Below, piece after piece: positions 41,190 through 51,503 of a stretch of 64,000 bases of DNA (position 1 is its first letter; the number at the start of each line of letters is the position of its first letter). The translations under genes were made by a program, and so were the position numbers. The DNA is from a virus (lineage: Duplodnaviria > Caudoviricetes), in the IMG/VR virus record IMGVR_UViG_3300012983_000039, positions 27,306-91,305 of that record; one strand, 5' to 3'. The notes below the pieces were generated by a model that was not told where the DNA came from, did not search any database, and worked only from the letters and a program-made list of their open reading frames with translations.

Positions 41190-42848
41190 TTACAATACCT
41201 CCTCTATGCTTAAATTAACTTCTTCTGAACCTTCGCCGCCCTTATATAAGTTTTTAACATCTCTACTAACTTCAACTAAACGAGTTTGAATATTATTATT
41301 CTCATCATAAACAAATTCTGGTGTATCTCCATTCCATTGAACTTCACCATCTATTGTTAATACAAGCAACTGAGTTCTTAAATTTAATACTGTAGCTTTT
41401 AAATTAACTGCGCCTTCATACTCATCATTTTCTTCTTCTGCCCAATATATTCTATCTAAAATATAAAAATTACTATCGTTTTTTGGTGTATCTATTTTAA
41501 GTCCAATAATTCTTGATTCATCTGGATAAACTTCAATTCCCCAATTTAATTCTTGCGGAGTTAACCATTTTTCTTCGATTTTAGTATCGCTAATTCCATT
41601 TTCAAAACAATCTTTCTGAATTGGAATTAAACTTGAACTTATGTTTTCTCCAAAAATCTCATTTTCACAATCATATTTCTTTAATTTAATTAGATTACCA
41701 AAATCATCCTTTAGAACTTTTAAATCCATAGAAAAAACAGTAGCTTCTCCATTGGAAGATAAACTTAATTTATTCTTTGGAATTATTTTACACTTAGGAA
41801 TTTCAATTTGAAAATGAGAATCCGTATGGGTGGCGGCGTCTCTACATAAAGTTTCCCCTACAACTTTATACGTGCCGGCGAATTTGTCTACACAAACTTC
41901 AAATTCATCTCCAAATTTTTTATATTTTGGAGCATTTAATCTAGTCCATCTATAGTATATCTCATCTTTTTTAATTAATCGTAAACGCTTAAATCCTTTT
42001 TTTGGATAACGTTCTCCGTTTTCTTTTATAAAAAATCTTACATTATCTTCATAGGGCAACATTGTTTGCGGGTCTATATAAACAACTAAATCTGTTTTTT
42101 CATATTTTCTTAAATAACGATAATTGTTATGAATATAATTTTTTTCAACTTCTATTACGAAGTCTTTTTTAGCAACGCATTGTTCTAAGCGTTCAAGTGT
42201 TTTAATAGGTTTAATTCCATTTTCTAAGCTATAGATAATTTCCATAGGAAGTCTAATAGAACTATTCTTATCTTGCGATAAAGTAAAAACACCATCTCCA
42301 AAACTAATATCATTAGGAAATCCCCAATAACTTTTTCCCTTTATCTTATAGTAAAAAATTTCTATTTTTTCTGCGTTGTGTCGAACTGTTCCGTCTAAAG
42401 ATATTATCTGTAAATTAGTAAGCCAATTATAAACTTTACCTTTTTCTTCATCTATCTCAATCCAAAAATCAGAAAAGTTTTTTATAATAGCTTTAGATGG
42501 CAAATAAGTTTTTTCCTTTTTAAAAATCCCTTGTAATTCCAACGTTTTAGATTTATACAGATTACTCCACATTAAGCTAAAGCTAGCCGGCGTGAATAAA
42601 GCATCTTCAACACTTAAAGTTAATTCTTTACTATGGTCCCATATAATCAATTCTGAATTTCCTTTGCCGCCCCTAGCCGAAGTTTGTTCTAATTTTTCCT
42701 CTAAATCCGAAAGTTTTAAGCTATCAAGAAATAGAACTGGCACATATACCAACTCATCATTCTCATCGGTTTCTATTGAGTAAAAAGTTAAATTCGCAAC
42801 TTCTCTTATTCCATATTGTTCAAAAATTCCCACTTTATTCACCCCCAA
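41190..42848 (-). CDS. Tail-tube-like paralogue 3 with C-terminal extension
   Basis: FEQYGIREVA, PVLFLDSLK, RGGKGN, EDALFTP, FAGTYKVVGET. Confidence 0.7.
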   Translation of the reverse strand: MGVNKVGIFEQYGIREVANLTFYSIETDENDELVYVPVLFLDSLKLSDLEEKLEQTSARGGKGNSELIIWDHSKELTLSVEDALFTPASFSLMWSNLYKSKTLELQGIFKKEKTYLPSKAIIKNFSDFWIEIDEEKGKVYNWLTNLQIISLDGTVRHNAEKIEIFYYKIKGKSYWGFPNDISFGDGVFTLSQDKNSSIRLPMEIIYSLENGIKPIKTLERLEQCVAKKDFVIEVEKNYIHNNYRYLRKYEKTDLVVYIDPQTMLPYEDNVRFFIKENGERYPKKGFKRLRLIKKDEIYYRWTRLNAPKYKKFGDEFEVCVDKFAGTYKVVGETLCRDAATHTDSHFQIEIPKCKIIPKNKLSLSSNGEATVFSMDLKVLKDDFGNLIKLKKYDCENEIFGENISSSLIPIQKDCFENGISDTKIEEKWLTPQELNWGIEVYPDESRIIGLKIDTPKNDSNFYILDRIYWAEEENDEYEGAVNLKATVLNLRTQLLVLTIDGEVQWNGDTPEFVYDENNNIQTRLVEVSRDVKNLYKGGEGSEEVNLSIEEVL

Positions 42849-44286
42849 CTAAAATTTGAGTAGAATTATCTAACTGATTTTCCTTTGAAATTTCATAAGG
42901 AATTAATTCCATCATTACTCCATTCTTTTGAGGAATAACTTCTAAATCTAAATTAAAAACTACTGCGTCTCCATCTGCTGATAGTTCTAAAGATTGCTCA
43001 GAACTTACTTTACAAGCTGGAATATGGATTAACATAAATTCGTCTTCTCCAGTTTCTTTGTTTCTAATTAACGCTTGTCCTTTTAAACTATAGACACCCG
43101 GAAAGACACCACTATTAATTCTTATCCTTTTTGCTTTTATTTTCTTTTTATAGCTAGATAATGTTAGTGCCGCCTTCATATAAACTTCATCTTCTGAAAA
43201 CCAATAGTCATCTGGAAAAGGTTTAAGAGTTTTCGCATCTAAATAAGCCCACAGATAATTCTTGCCACCATCTATTGATAAAATATTATCTTTATATTTT
43301 GTAATTAAAAAATAATTTAACTCGTTTAATCCAGAAAAAACTAAACTTAAATCTAACTCCTTAAAAAGTGTATCAATTATATCGACTTCTGGATAATACC
43401 AAGAAGTTCCATTGTTAGATATATAAAACTCATATATGTTGTCTTGTTTTATATTAACACATAAGTATTTAGCCTTACTTATGTCCATAATCTCTTTTTT
43501 ATCTTGGGGCGGCACAACATAAGCTTCATTTAAATCTTCATTTATTATTTCACCGCCCGCCTCATACAAATCCTTAATTTCTTCTGAAGTTGAAAAAGGA
43601 TTTATCTTATATACTAAATTAAATTGATTTTGCTCCAAAGTATTAGAATTAATTAAAAACGGATTAGAAATAATATAAAAAGTATTCCCATTAACATCAA
43701 AAAAACGGTCGGGAATAGTATGTAAAGTTCTCGTTCCAGAGTCAATAAAAACTCTCCATTGATAAACTCTATCTAAAATTTTACCCCATCCTTTTATTTT
43801 TACATTATCAGTAATGGTAGAACGAACTAAATAGTTATTGAAACTTTCAATAGTATCATTCTCGTTTCTAGGTAAAAAATAACTAATAAAAGATTTATCT
43901 TTTGGACGATTAATAAACCTAATTTTTTCAGTTCTAAAAATTCTTTCTACACTATCTTCTACTCCGTGTTCTTTCTGAATTTTAGAATTAACCCAATCTG
44001 CGTTTAATACGCCGCCCCAGCATAATCCTAATGAAGCTGGAGAGCATAAAGCATCTTCCAAATGAACTCTTATTTGTTTATTATGGTCCCAACCAATATA
44101 TTTCTTATGCCCTTTTCCACCTTCCGCCCAAGAAGTTCCAGCACCTTTATCAAACGATGAAATCTTTAAAGTATCTAAAAACAAAGCGGGGACATGATAT
44201 ATGTCCCCGTTGTTATTTTTTCTATGAATACTGAAAAGAGCTACATCGGCGACTTCTTTAATTCCATATTGTTCAAAGATATTCAC
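42835..44286 (-). CDS. Tail-tube-like paralogue 2
   Basis: FEQYGIKEVADV, PALFLDTLKIS, EDALCSP, FPGVY, LSADGDAVVF. Confidence 0.7.
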   Translation of the reverse strand: MNIFEQYGIKEVADVALFSIHRKNNNGDIYHVPALFLDTLKISSFDKGAGTSWAEGGKGHKKYIGWDHNKQIRVHLEDALCSPASLGLCWGGVLNADWVNSKIQKEHGVEDSVERIFRTEKIRFINRPKDKSFISYFLPRNENDTIESFNNYLVRSTITDNVKIKGWGKILDRVYQWRVFIDSGTRTLHTIPDRFFDVNGNTFYIISNPFLINSNTLEQNQFNLVYKINPFSTSEEIKDLYEAGGEIINEDLNEAYVVPPQDKKEIMDISKAKYLCVNIKQDNIYEFYISNNGTSWYYPEVDIIDTLFKELDLSLVFSGLNELNYFLITKYKDNILSIDGGKNYLWAYLDAKTLKPFPDDYWFSEDEVYMKAALTLSSYKKKIKAKRIRINSGVFPGVYSLKGQALIRNKETGEDEFMLIHIPACKVSSEQSLELSADGDAVVFNLDLEVIPQKNGVMMELIPYEISKENQLDNSTQILVGGE

Positions 44287-44305
44287 CTTTTAACCCCCTT
44301 ATAGA

Positions 44306-46531
44306 TTAATATTCTGTAGCACCTATATATTCTGTATCTTCTGTCATGTCAGAGTCAATTCTGAACATTTCAGCACTATCAAGAAGATTAAGATTTTCTG
44401 TATCCTTAACCATTGTAGAACCATCATTTTCTTCTGTGTTTTCTACAACGTCAAACTGAACAAGCTTCATCATAACACCATTGTCTGGACGAAGAACATT
44501 TAAGTTCATTGAGAATACAGAAGCTTCTCCCTCAGCTTCAAGTGTAATTGTCTGTTCTGAAGACATTTTTGCTTGTGGAACAATAAACTGGAATCTCTGG
44601 TCTTCACCAGTGTCTTTATTTCTTGCGAAAGTTTCGCCAACAATTCTGTATGTGCCCGGGAACTTATCTGCTGAAATTTCAATTGTTGTTCCAAGTGAAT
44701 TATCACCATAAGCCACAGAACGAGTCCATTTAAGATAAGTTTCACCTTCCGCAATTGGAGCGCCGTCTTGGTATGGCTGCATGGTAGCAAGTTCAATGTA
44801 AACTGCCTGTGCTGATGTTTCACCTTCCGAAGGAACACCCTTACTATTGCCAGCCGGCACGATAAATGAACGAGCTGCTGTACATTTCTCTGTTCTGTCA
44901 ATTCTCTTTGTATCCTTAATGCCCTTAGTAAAGTCGCCACCTTCATAAGAACCAAGCATAGCGCTCATAGAGGCTGGGCTATAAAGAGCATCTTCGAGAG
45001 CAAGAGTAATTTCCTTACCATAATCCCAAGTAATAAGCTTAGAATTGCCTCGACCACCTGTAGCATCTGTAGACTCAGCTGTCTGTTCAATTGTAGAAAC
45101 TTTAAGAGTATCAAGGAAAAGAACAGGAATATAGCGGTCAACTATTTTCTTAGTCTTACGAACCTTAAGAGAGCTTACTGAACATACAGCATCAAAAGCT
45201 TCATCAAAAATTGTCATATCTGTCATATGAATAAGACCGTTTTCAACAACCTTATCACAGTTTTCAGCACTTATGTATCCATTTTGATTTACCATCCAGC
45301 CCATCTTTTCAATTTTTCTCTCGCCGTGGCGACCTACTTTAAAGATAAGACCATTTGTGCCTACAATAACAAGAGCAAGATATTCTGTGCCGGCAAAGAT
45401 TTCATCTTTGTAGTAAATTGTTTCATTTGTAGCCTTACTTGCAAACTTAAATATACCAGCTGTATCCTGTGAAAGTTTCTTGTAAGAAATATTTCTTAAA
45501 AGATAGATATGTGATTTTGCTGAGATATCTGTTGTATTAGCCTTAACATAAATTGCTCTATTTGAAGGAACATCATCACTACCTGTGATAACAACATCTT
45601 CTTCAGTAGAAAGCTCTGTTAAAGCCTTTAATACAGAAGCAAGTGTATACTTGTTATTTACCACATCTTCTCCATTATACTGATATACGCCGGCATCATC
45701 GTTAGCATTCTGGTCTTTAACTGAAACATTATATCCGCCGGATATTGTTTTAACACCAGAAACACCAGCATTATCAACTACATCAACTATAGTTTTCTTC
45801 TGACGAAGAGCAAGAATAGCATCGTTGATACTCTTACAATTGTCTTTGTTCCACATAGTTGCGCCGGCTATGATAGGATCAGTTATATCTGTTTGTGAGC
45901 CAGTAATCTGAGTTCCATCTGTGTCTACGCCTGTTCCAAGCTGATTTGGGTCGAAATAGCCCATTTCGTCTGAAACAATAAGTTCAGCATAGTCCTTGTA
46001 AACTACGTTAAAAGCTTTAGCCTTAAGAGAGTAAGTAAGTGCTTTAATTGAAGCATTTACATCTTCTGAACTATAAGTTTCTGGAGAGATAGCTCCTTCT
46101 AAACCAAAAACTACAACCTTTTCTGTTGAGTTTGGAGCAAGAACAAATTGGTCGCTAAATTCAAAGCCACTACCGAATATATTTGTGTCTGTAAAACTAT
46201 ATCTAGCACCTGTCTTTGAAATTAAGTTCTGGTTTTTAGCAAAAGCATTGAGTATTTGCTTTTCATAAGAAAACTCATGGTTATGTTCATTAGCTTCATC
46301 ACTAACAATTGTTGCGTCTGAAAAAACATAAGCTTCAAAGCCATCTTCCTTACCCTTGCCATTTTCATCAATAGGATAAACTGTCTGGAGTTTAAGAGCG
46401 CTTTTTAATATAGTAGCGGCGCTAATTTCTCTTTGTGATTCATAAGTTTCTTCTTTCTTTTCTATACGGTAAAAAGTGACGTTAGCTACTTCTTTAATAC
46501 CATACTTTTCAAAAAGATTTGTATTAGCCAT
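44306..46531 (-). CDS. Probable major tail (tube) protein with large internal insertion
   Basis: FEKYGIKEVANV...PVLFLDTLKVS, TGGRGN, EDALYSP, FPGTYRIVGET, LEAEGEASVF; codon usage resembles the capsid gene. Confidence 0.72.
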   Translation of the reverse strand: MANTNLFEKYGIKEVANVTFYRIEKKEETYESQREISAATILKSALKLQTVYPIDENGKGKEDGFEAYVFSDATIVSDEANEHNHEFSYEKQILNAFAKNQNLISKTGARYSFTDTNIFGSGFEFSDQFVLAPNSTEKVVVFGLEGAISPETYSSEDVNASIKALTYSLKAKAFNVVYKDYAELIVSDEMGYFDPNQLGTGVDTDGTQITGSQTDITDPIIAGATMWNKDNCKSINDAILALRQKKTIVDVVDNAGVSGVKTISGGYNVSVKDQNANDDAGVYQYNGEDVVNNKYTLASVLKALTELSTEEDVVITGSDDVPSNRAIYVKANTTDISAKSHIYLLRNISYKKLSQDTAGIFKFASKATNETIYYKDEIFAGTEYLALVIVGTNGLIFKVGRHGERKIEKMGWMVNQNGYISAENCDKVVENGLIHMTDMTIFDEAFDAVCSVSSLKVRKTKKIVDRYIPVLFLDTLKVSTIEQTAESTDATGGRGNSKLITWDYGKEITLALEDALYSPASMSAMLGSYEGGDFTKGIKDTKRIDRTEKCTAARSFIVPAGNSKGVPSEGETSAQAVYIELATMQPYQDGAPIAEGETYLKWTRSVAYGDNSLGTTIEISADKFPGTYRIVGETFARNKDTGEDQRFQFIVPQAKMSSEQTITLEAEGEASVFSMNLNVLRPDNGVMMKLVQFDVVENTEENDGSTMVKDTENLNLLDSAEMFRIDSDMTEDTEYIGATEY

Positions 46532-46546
46532 ATTTTTTATTACCTC

Positions 46547-47293
46547 CTATTTTTCTTTTAGGCTACCAGCCCAATAATTCGTTTTAATCTTAGTGGAGTC
46601 TGCTCCTGCGCAAAGCATTTGAATATCTTGTTGCCATTTTTCTCTGGCTCTATAACGAGTTAATAGTTTATAAAAAGCATAGATAGTAGTATTTTTACAA
46701 TCTATTCCATAAACAGTAGCTATTTCCAAGAGTTCAGAAATTTCTATTACTTCTCCATTTTTTTCTTGTTGTTTTTTCTTTATAGAGTCTCTGTATTCAG
46801 CTTTTAATCTAAACTCTCTTGCTATTGCTGACTCGTTTTCTGGTGGTGGTTCTTTTATTTTCTTAACATTTTGAATACGCAGAATGTCTTGAAAATCTGA
46901 AAAATTTTCATTTGTAATTAGTCTTTTTTCTTTTGGAGAACCTACTACTACTGCTTTATAATCTGGCAATAATAAGATATCTTCTGTTATAAAAGTAGAA
47001 AAGAATTTCTGTAGCTCCAACAAAAAACTATTATCTTTTGCGGCGCTATCTAAAAGATAGTGTAAAGGTTTTATTTCTGCTATCTTTGGTTCTTTTCCTG
47101 TTTTCTCTTTAATTAATTTACAAATATCTACTTCGGTTAATAACAGAGTATCTAGCGCCGCCCCATATAAACTATCTGGAAGTAAAATCTCTCCCATAGT
47201 TATTGGGCGAACTTGGCATATATTATAAAGGTTTGAGGGATAACCTAAAAAAGCTTGTTGTTTTATTTTTTCTATATGATTATGAGAAAGCAC
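46547..47293 (-). CDS. Tail assembly chaperone-like protein
   Basis: Position in the neck/tail block; ITNENF..FQ.IL..QN and C-terminal AGAD...YW. Confidence 0.5.
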   Translation of the reverse strand: MLSHNHIEKIKQQAFLGYPSNLYNICQVRPITMGEILLPDSLYGAALDTLLLTEVDICKLIKEKTGKEPKIAEIKPLHYLLDSAAKDNSFLLELQKFFSTFITEDILLLPDYKAVVVGSPKEKRLITNENFSDFQDILRIQNVKKIKEPPPENESAIAREFRLKAEYRDSIKKKQQEKNGEVIEISELLEIATVYGIDCKNTTIYAFYKLLTRYRAREKWQQDIQMLCAGADSTKIKTNYWAGSLKEK

Positions 47294-47777
47294 TAATGCT
47301 AAACCTCATAATATAACTACCCATTTCAGTAGTTAGAGTTGAAAGCTCAAAGCCTTCATATCGAATTTCCCCCAATCCATTAATTCTTTTATCTTGTAAA
47401 CTCTTTCTTATTTCAGACATTATTGCGAATGGGCGCAATGTGTCTCCGGCAATTAGCCACTCCTCAAAAGGACAATATACATCAACTACAAAAGAAAGAA
47501 TTTCGTTGTCTGGATTTTTTAGTGAAACTTCACCATTGTCAAAGAGAATAACAATTTTACTTTCGGTGTCTTGTTCTTTTGAGTCTACTAAAGGAATAAC
47601 CCTAACGTTTTTATGAAGTAGCTTCATTGTGTTAATTTCATTAGGGTGCTTTTGTTTATCTAAAGGGTCTAGGTCTGTGTTTATTAATAGGCTACAAAGG
47701 TCCTGATTTGATAAAAGTTTTTTGGCAATTTTTATTAAGTTCTTTCCTGTTTCTTGTCCATATTTAACTTCTGACAT
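47280..47777 (-). CDS. Tail completion/terminator-like protein
   Basis: Position; DVYCP..W....LRPF.I pattern. Confidence 0.5.
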   Translation of the reverse strand: MSEVKYGQETGKNLIKIAKKLLSNQDLCSLLINTDLDPLDKQKHPNEINTMKLLHKNVRVIPLVDSKEQDTESKIVILFDNGEVSLKNPDNEILSFVVDVYCPFEEWLIAGDTLRPFAIMSEIRKSLQDKRINGLGEIRYEGFELSTLTTEMGSYIMRFSISAFS

Positions 47778-47788
47778 TTCAAAACCTC

Positions 47789-48520
47789 CTATCTATTATT
47801 TAAAAAGAAATTATCGTCTTCACTAACAATTAAGTCTTTAGATGAATTAGGTTCTGGTTCTGTAGTTAAGATTTCAGAAACAGTTAAAAACGCAACTCCT
47901 TTTATATCTATATTATTAACACCTACTATTTTGAAGCGCCGCCCCTCGATAACAAAGGTTAAACCTTTCTTTAAAAAATCGAAATCTTTTGTTATAATTT
48001 GCTTTTTAAAATTTGGCTCTATATACCCATAGTTATCGCCCGACTGTGAAAAAATATCAGTTATGAGGGCGGCAGTAAGATTAACATTTTTTATAGGGAT
48101 ACAATTAGTTGTATTACCATATTCATCAGTTATGTTGAGCCGCTCATCTAAGCAAATTACTTTATATTTTTGGTGTCCTTTAGCAACATTATTTTCTTTA
48201 TATAAAGGAAGCCAAATTTCATTTAATTCCTTATCTTTTGTCTTTTGAAATATTTTTAATAAATCTCCAGTTTTAAAACTTTCTTCTCTATTTGGAATTA
48301 ACAAATTTGAAATTAAATTTGTTTCACTCCATTTATTTGGTTGTAAAGAACAAATTACATCACAGTTTTCTTCATTAACTTGGTAAACTTTAGCTTGATA
48401 TCCACTCTTCTTTAAGTAAAGTAAGTCAAATTCTTTTTCTTTACGAGTTTGGATACGCTCTTGTGAAGTATTCCCATCTTTATTAATTCTTTTTAAATAT
48501 ACATCTGAAAAATAACTCAT
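47789..48520 (-). CDS. Head-closure/neck-like protein
   Basis: Position and beta-rich composition. Confidence 0.45.
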   Translation of the reverse strand: MSYFSDVYLKRINKDGNTSQERIQTRKEKEFDLLYLKKSGYQAKVYQVNEENCDVICSLQPNKWSETNLISNLLIPNREESFKTGDLLKIFQKTKDKELNEIWLPLYKENNVAKGHQKYKVICLDERLNITDEYGNTTNCIPIKNVNLTAALITDIFSQSGDNYGYIEPNFKKQIITKDFDFLKKGLTFVIEGRRFKIVGVNNIDIKGVAFLTVSEILTTEPEPNSSKDLIVSEDDNFFLNNR

Positions 48521-48765
48521 TTAACATCAATCCTGTCAAATAAATTCATACATTCAAAAATTGTTTTTCGATAGTATTTATAAGAAAGATATTTACAACT
48601 AGAAAGTTTATAAAATAATATATAATAATCTAGGGTCTTCTGCTTATCAGAATACCCTAGTAATTCAATTAAAATGGACTCCAGAAAGGTTTCCCATTCA
48701 CCATTCTTTTCTCTTTCTCTTAAAAGTCCATATAGTTTATTTTTCATTTTTTCTTTATATTCCAT
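48517..48765 (-). CDS. Small hypothetical protein in the neck block
   Basis: Translationally coupled, 82 aa; KLYGLL..RE...FR/YRKTIFECM pattern. Confidence 0.6.
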   Translation of the reverse strand: MEYKEKMKNKLYGLLREREKNGEWETFLESILIELLGYSDKQKTLDYYILFYKLSSCKYLSYKYYRKTIFECMNLFDRIDVK

Positions 48766-48766
48766 A

Positions 48767-49216
48767 TTATCGCCGCCCCGCTAATCTTCTGTAGTTGAAA
48801 GGACGTCTTTTAACTGAACGATAATAAATTCGCTCCAAAGATTGAGCTTCTTCAATAATCTGTTGCCGCAAAGCGATAAAAGTTTTTAGTAAGTTGGCTT
48901 GTGAAAAATCTTTTTCTTCATATTGAGTCTTAATATTTTCCCAAGTATCTACAGTTCTCTTAATCCACTCTTGTTTCATAAAAACCGAGAGAACTTGAAT
49001 TTCTTCTAACCCCATTTCTTTATCTTTAAAAGCTTTTTTTTCTTCATCTATTTCAAGACTACAACGAGGGAATTTAAAGTAAGGAATAGCAGAATTTAGA
49101 ATGGAGCGCCAATCTTGAAGAAAAGTTTGTAAATCTTCTTCAGAATAACAGTGCGCCCATTCATCTTCTTTCACTTTACTTAAAAACGCATCGTAAACAT
49201 CCATTAATTTAACCAT
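48767..49216 (-). CDS. Head-tail adaptor-like protein
   Basis: VYDAFLSKV..D, AIPYF.FP, EIQVL...M..EW, KDFSQAN.L. Confidence 0.6.
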   Translation of the reverse strand: MVKLMDVYDAFLSKVKEDEWAHCYSEEDLQTFLQDWRSILNSAIPYFKFPRCSLEIDEEKKAFKDKEMGLEEIQVLSVFMKQEWIKRTVDTWENIKTQYEEKDFSQANLLKTFIALRQQIIEEAQSLERIYYRSVKRRPFNYRRLAGRR

Positions 49217-49221
49217 TTAAA

Positions 49222-49713
49222 TCACTTCTTTGCCTCAGCTTCTTCTACTTTTTGATTAATAGATATTGCGGCGAGTATATCCGTTCCTGTTATTTTTCTT
49301 AACAGTTCAAGCTTGTCATAGTTAGAAGTTATTTTATTAAGAATAGCATAATTAGTAATTTCTCTTATCTGAGTGCCGCTCAAAGTTTTAAGTTCTTTTT
49401 CAAAATCTTCCATAGATGCCTTAGTTAATAGCTGAACAATCTGTGTATCGTTCAAAACTTTAATTCGAGTTGGAACTTTTGTATCTTCACTTTCCAAACC
49501 TAAGTCAATTTTATCCTGCATACTTTCAATATATAAAATCCCTCTATCTATCATATTACGAAAGCCCGGATGCCAAAGCAACTGCTCTACTGTTTCAAAA
49601 GGTATTGGAAGTTTCTGTCCTTTATTATCCCATCTTTTGTTTATATTATATTCCGCAAGTTTTACCCCAACTTTCTTATTAACCATGTTTGTTATCATTA
49701 CTCTTCTTTCCAT
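49222..49713 (-). CDS. Hypothetical protein downstream of capsid
   Basis: AGGAGG RBS, 163 aa. Confidence 0.7.
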   Translation of the reverse strand: MERRVMITNMVNKKVGVKLAEYNINKRWDNKGQKLPIPFETVEQLLWHPGFRNMIDRGILYIESMQDKIDLGLESEDTKVPTRIKVLNDTQIVQLLTKASMEDFEKELKTLSGTQIREITNYAILNKITSNYDKLELLRKITGTDILAAISINQKVEEAEAKK

Positions 49714-49739
49714 TTAAATTCCTCCTTTAAACTCAAAAA

Positions 49740-49770
49740 TAGTGAGTGAGCAATTTAAACTCACTCACTA
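49740..49770 (-). terminator. Terminator/stabilising hairpin after the major capsid gene
   Basis: TAGTGAGTGAG-9nt-CTCACTCACTA perfect stem. Confidence 0.75.
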
Positions 49771-49794
49771 GTTTCACTACTTTTGTAAAATTAA

Positions 49795-50850
49795 TTAAAC
49801 TGTCTGTGATGGATACTTAGTATTATCTACACTCAATTCTGTATTTTCGTAAATACACCAATTGTGATGTGTAAGAATACCTACACCAAGTTTCTTATAA
49901 GCTTGAATTTCCATAGAGTTATCTCTATTGTCAAATTCCTTAATAGTTGTGTCTCCTTCAAGAACAACCTTAACTACCTTCTCGCCACCGGATGGGAAGA
50001 TATAAGCAAAGCCCGGATTAACCTGAGTAGTTTCATTAGTTGTATCTGTATATGACTGAGGCATCTGAATTATAGGTGTGCCTCTGAAAGACTGAACATA
50101 GCCAGTATCAGCTATAGCCTGAATATCCTTAGGGCTGTAAGTTGGTCCCCAATTAGCACCTGCCGGCGCAATAGCATCTGGTCCCATAGAACCAACAAAT
50201 TCTGGAGCGGCAAATACAACTGCTGAACCATTACCATATACCTTAGCTACATTAATAAGTTTCTGAAAAGCATCTGGGTCAAAGCCCGCACCAACAAAAG
50301 AGTTAGCGGCTGGTCTTGTATCAGCATTAGTTGAAGCAATAAGAGCCTTCTGAACTTCACCGAGAATAGCTTCTTGAATACCTTCAAGTATAAGGTTAAG
50401 AGATTCTGAGATATCTTCATCTCCACAAATACTTCTTTCCCAATCTATATAAGCAGCACCGCCAATAGCGCTAGCACTTACTTCAAAGCTATCTGAGTCA
50501 AGTCTAAATGCTTCATAAACGCCTGAGAGACCGACTTTTGTTATAAACTGCTTAGCTCTCTGACGACCTTTCTTTAATGTGAAAGTAGCCTTTACATTAT
50601 TGCCAACCTGCTTAATTTCAGCAAAAGATGACATTACGTTTTCTACATACTTAGGAATTTCTTCATCAAAAACTTCTTCCATAATTTCAAAAAGCTGTGT
50701 CTTATTACGTCTGTAAGACTTATAATCACAAGCTATTTCGTGAACAGCATTTGATAAAGCTGATTTTATATCTTCGTTAGAAAATTTTGTAGGGTCTGGA
50801 TTTGTTCCTCTATGTCTACAAAGAATTAATTCTTTAATGCTCTGATCCAT
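49795..50850 (-). CDS. Major capsid protein
   Basis: 351 aa; position after scaffold and decoration genes; high-expression codon bias; followed by a hairpin. Confidence 0.75.
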   Translation of the reverse strand: MDQSIKELILCRHRGTNPDPTKFSNEDIKSALSNAVHEIACDYKSYRRNKTQLFEIMEEVFDEEIPKYVENVMSSFAEIKQVGNNVKATFTLKKGRQRAKQFITKVGLSGVYEAFRLDSDSFEVSASAIGGAAYIDWERSICGDEDISESLNLILEGIQEAILGEVQKALIASTNADTRPAANSFVGAGFDPDAFQKLINVAKVYGNGSAVVFAAPEFVGSMGPDAIAPAGANWGPTYSPKDIQAIADTGYVQSFRGTPIIQMPQSYTDTTNETTQVNPGFAYIFPSGGEKVVKVVLEGDTTIKEFDNRDNSMEIQAYKKLGVGILTHHNWCIYENTELSVDNTKYPSQTV

Positions 50851-50867
50851 TCTCTATACCTCCTTTA

Positions 50868-51503
50868 TTATATAACTGGTTTATTTATAAACTGAACCAT
50901 AAAAGCAAGTGTGCCGTCTGCGTTTGTATAAGCTTTTACAACCTGAGCATATACATTACCAAGCGCATCGTCTATGCTAGCGCCAATAACAAGCTTACCA
51001 TCTGAACCTTCTACTACATAAGCATATACATCTTCACCATCAGCAAGCTTAGTTTTAACTTCTGTCCAAAGTTCTTTGGAGTCAGTCTGTGGGAATGCTG
51101 TATCGTCCCAAGCTACTGTATTTGTAGTAATTCTTTCACCGGGTGATGTATAGCCAATTCTAGGAAGAAATTCACCTGTAATCATACAGAAATTTCTACG
51201 ACCTTTAGTAAACTGATTATAAATCTTTTCTGTAGAATAGTTAATACCCATCATAAAGCCCTTATCACTAAGTGCCTTTGTTGGAACTGTAGCAATCTTA
51301 TTAGCCTTGTCAACCATAAGAAAAGCACCAACTTCACCGTAAATCTTACCATCTGTTGCTTCTGCAGCAGTCATAGGGAAATGAGCTGCGAACTTAGCTG
51401 GGTCGAGTTCGCACTGTGATTCACTAGCGCCGTCTCTTGTAAACCAAACCTGATTTGGTTCAATTTGTCCAAAACCATTACAATCAAAAAATTTAATTGC
51501 CAT
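50868..51503 (-). CDS. Head decoration/structural protein
   Basis: GFGQIEPNQV N-terminus; lies between scaffold and capsid. Confidence 0.55.
   Translation of the reverse strand: MAIKFFDCNGFGQIEPNQVWFTRDGASESQCELDPAKFAAHFPMTAAEATDGKIYGEVGAFLMVDKANKIATVPTKALSDKGFMMGINYSTEKIYNQFTKGRRNFCMITGEFLPRIGYTSPGERITTNTVAWDDTAFPQTDSKELWTEVKTKLADGEDVYAYVVEGSDGKLVIGASIDDALGNVYAQVVKAYTNADGTLAFMVQFINKPVI

Noticed and set aside
44506-44955. 149-aa alternative-frame ORF in the major tail gene as a frameshift extension
   Set aside because: Lies inside the gene rather than at its 3' end; no convincing slippery site or RBS
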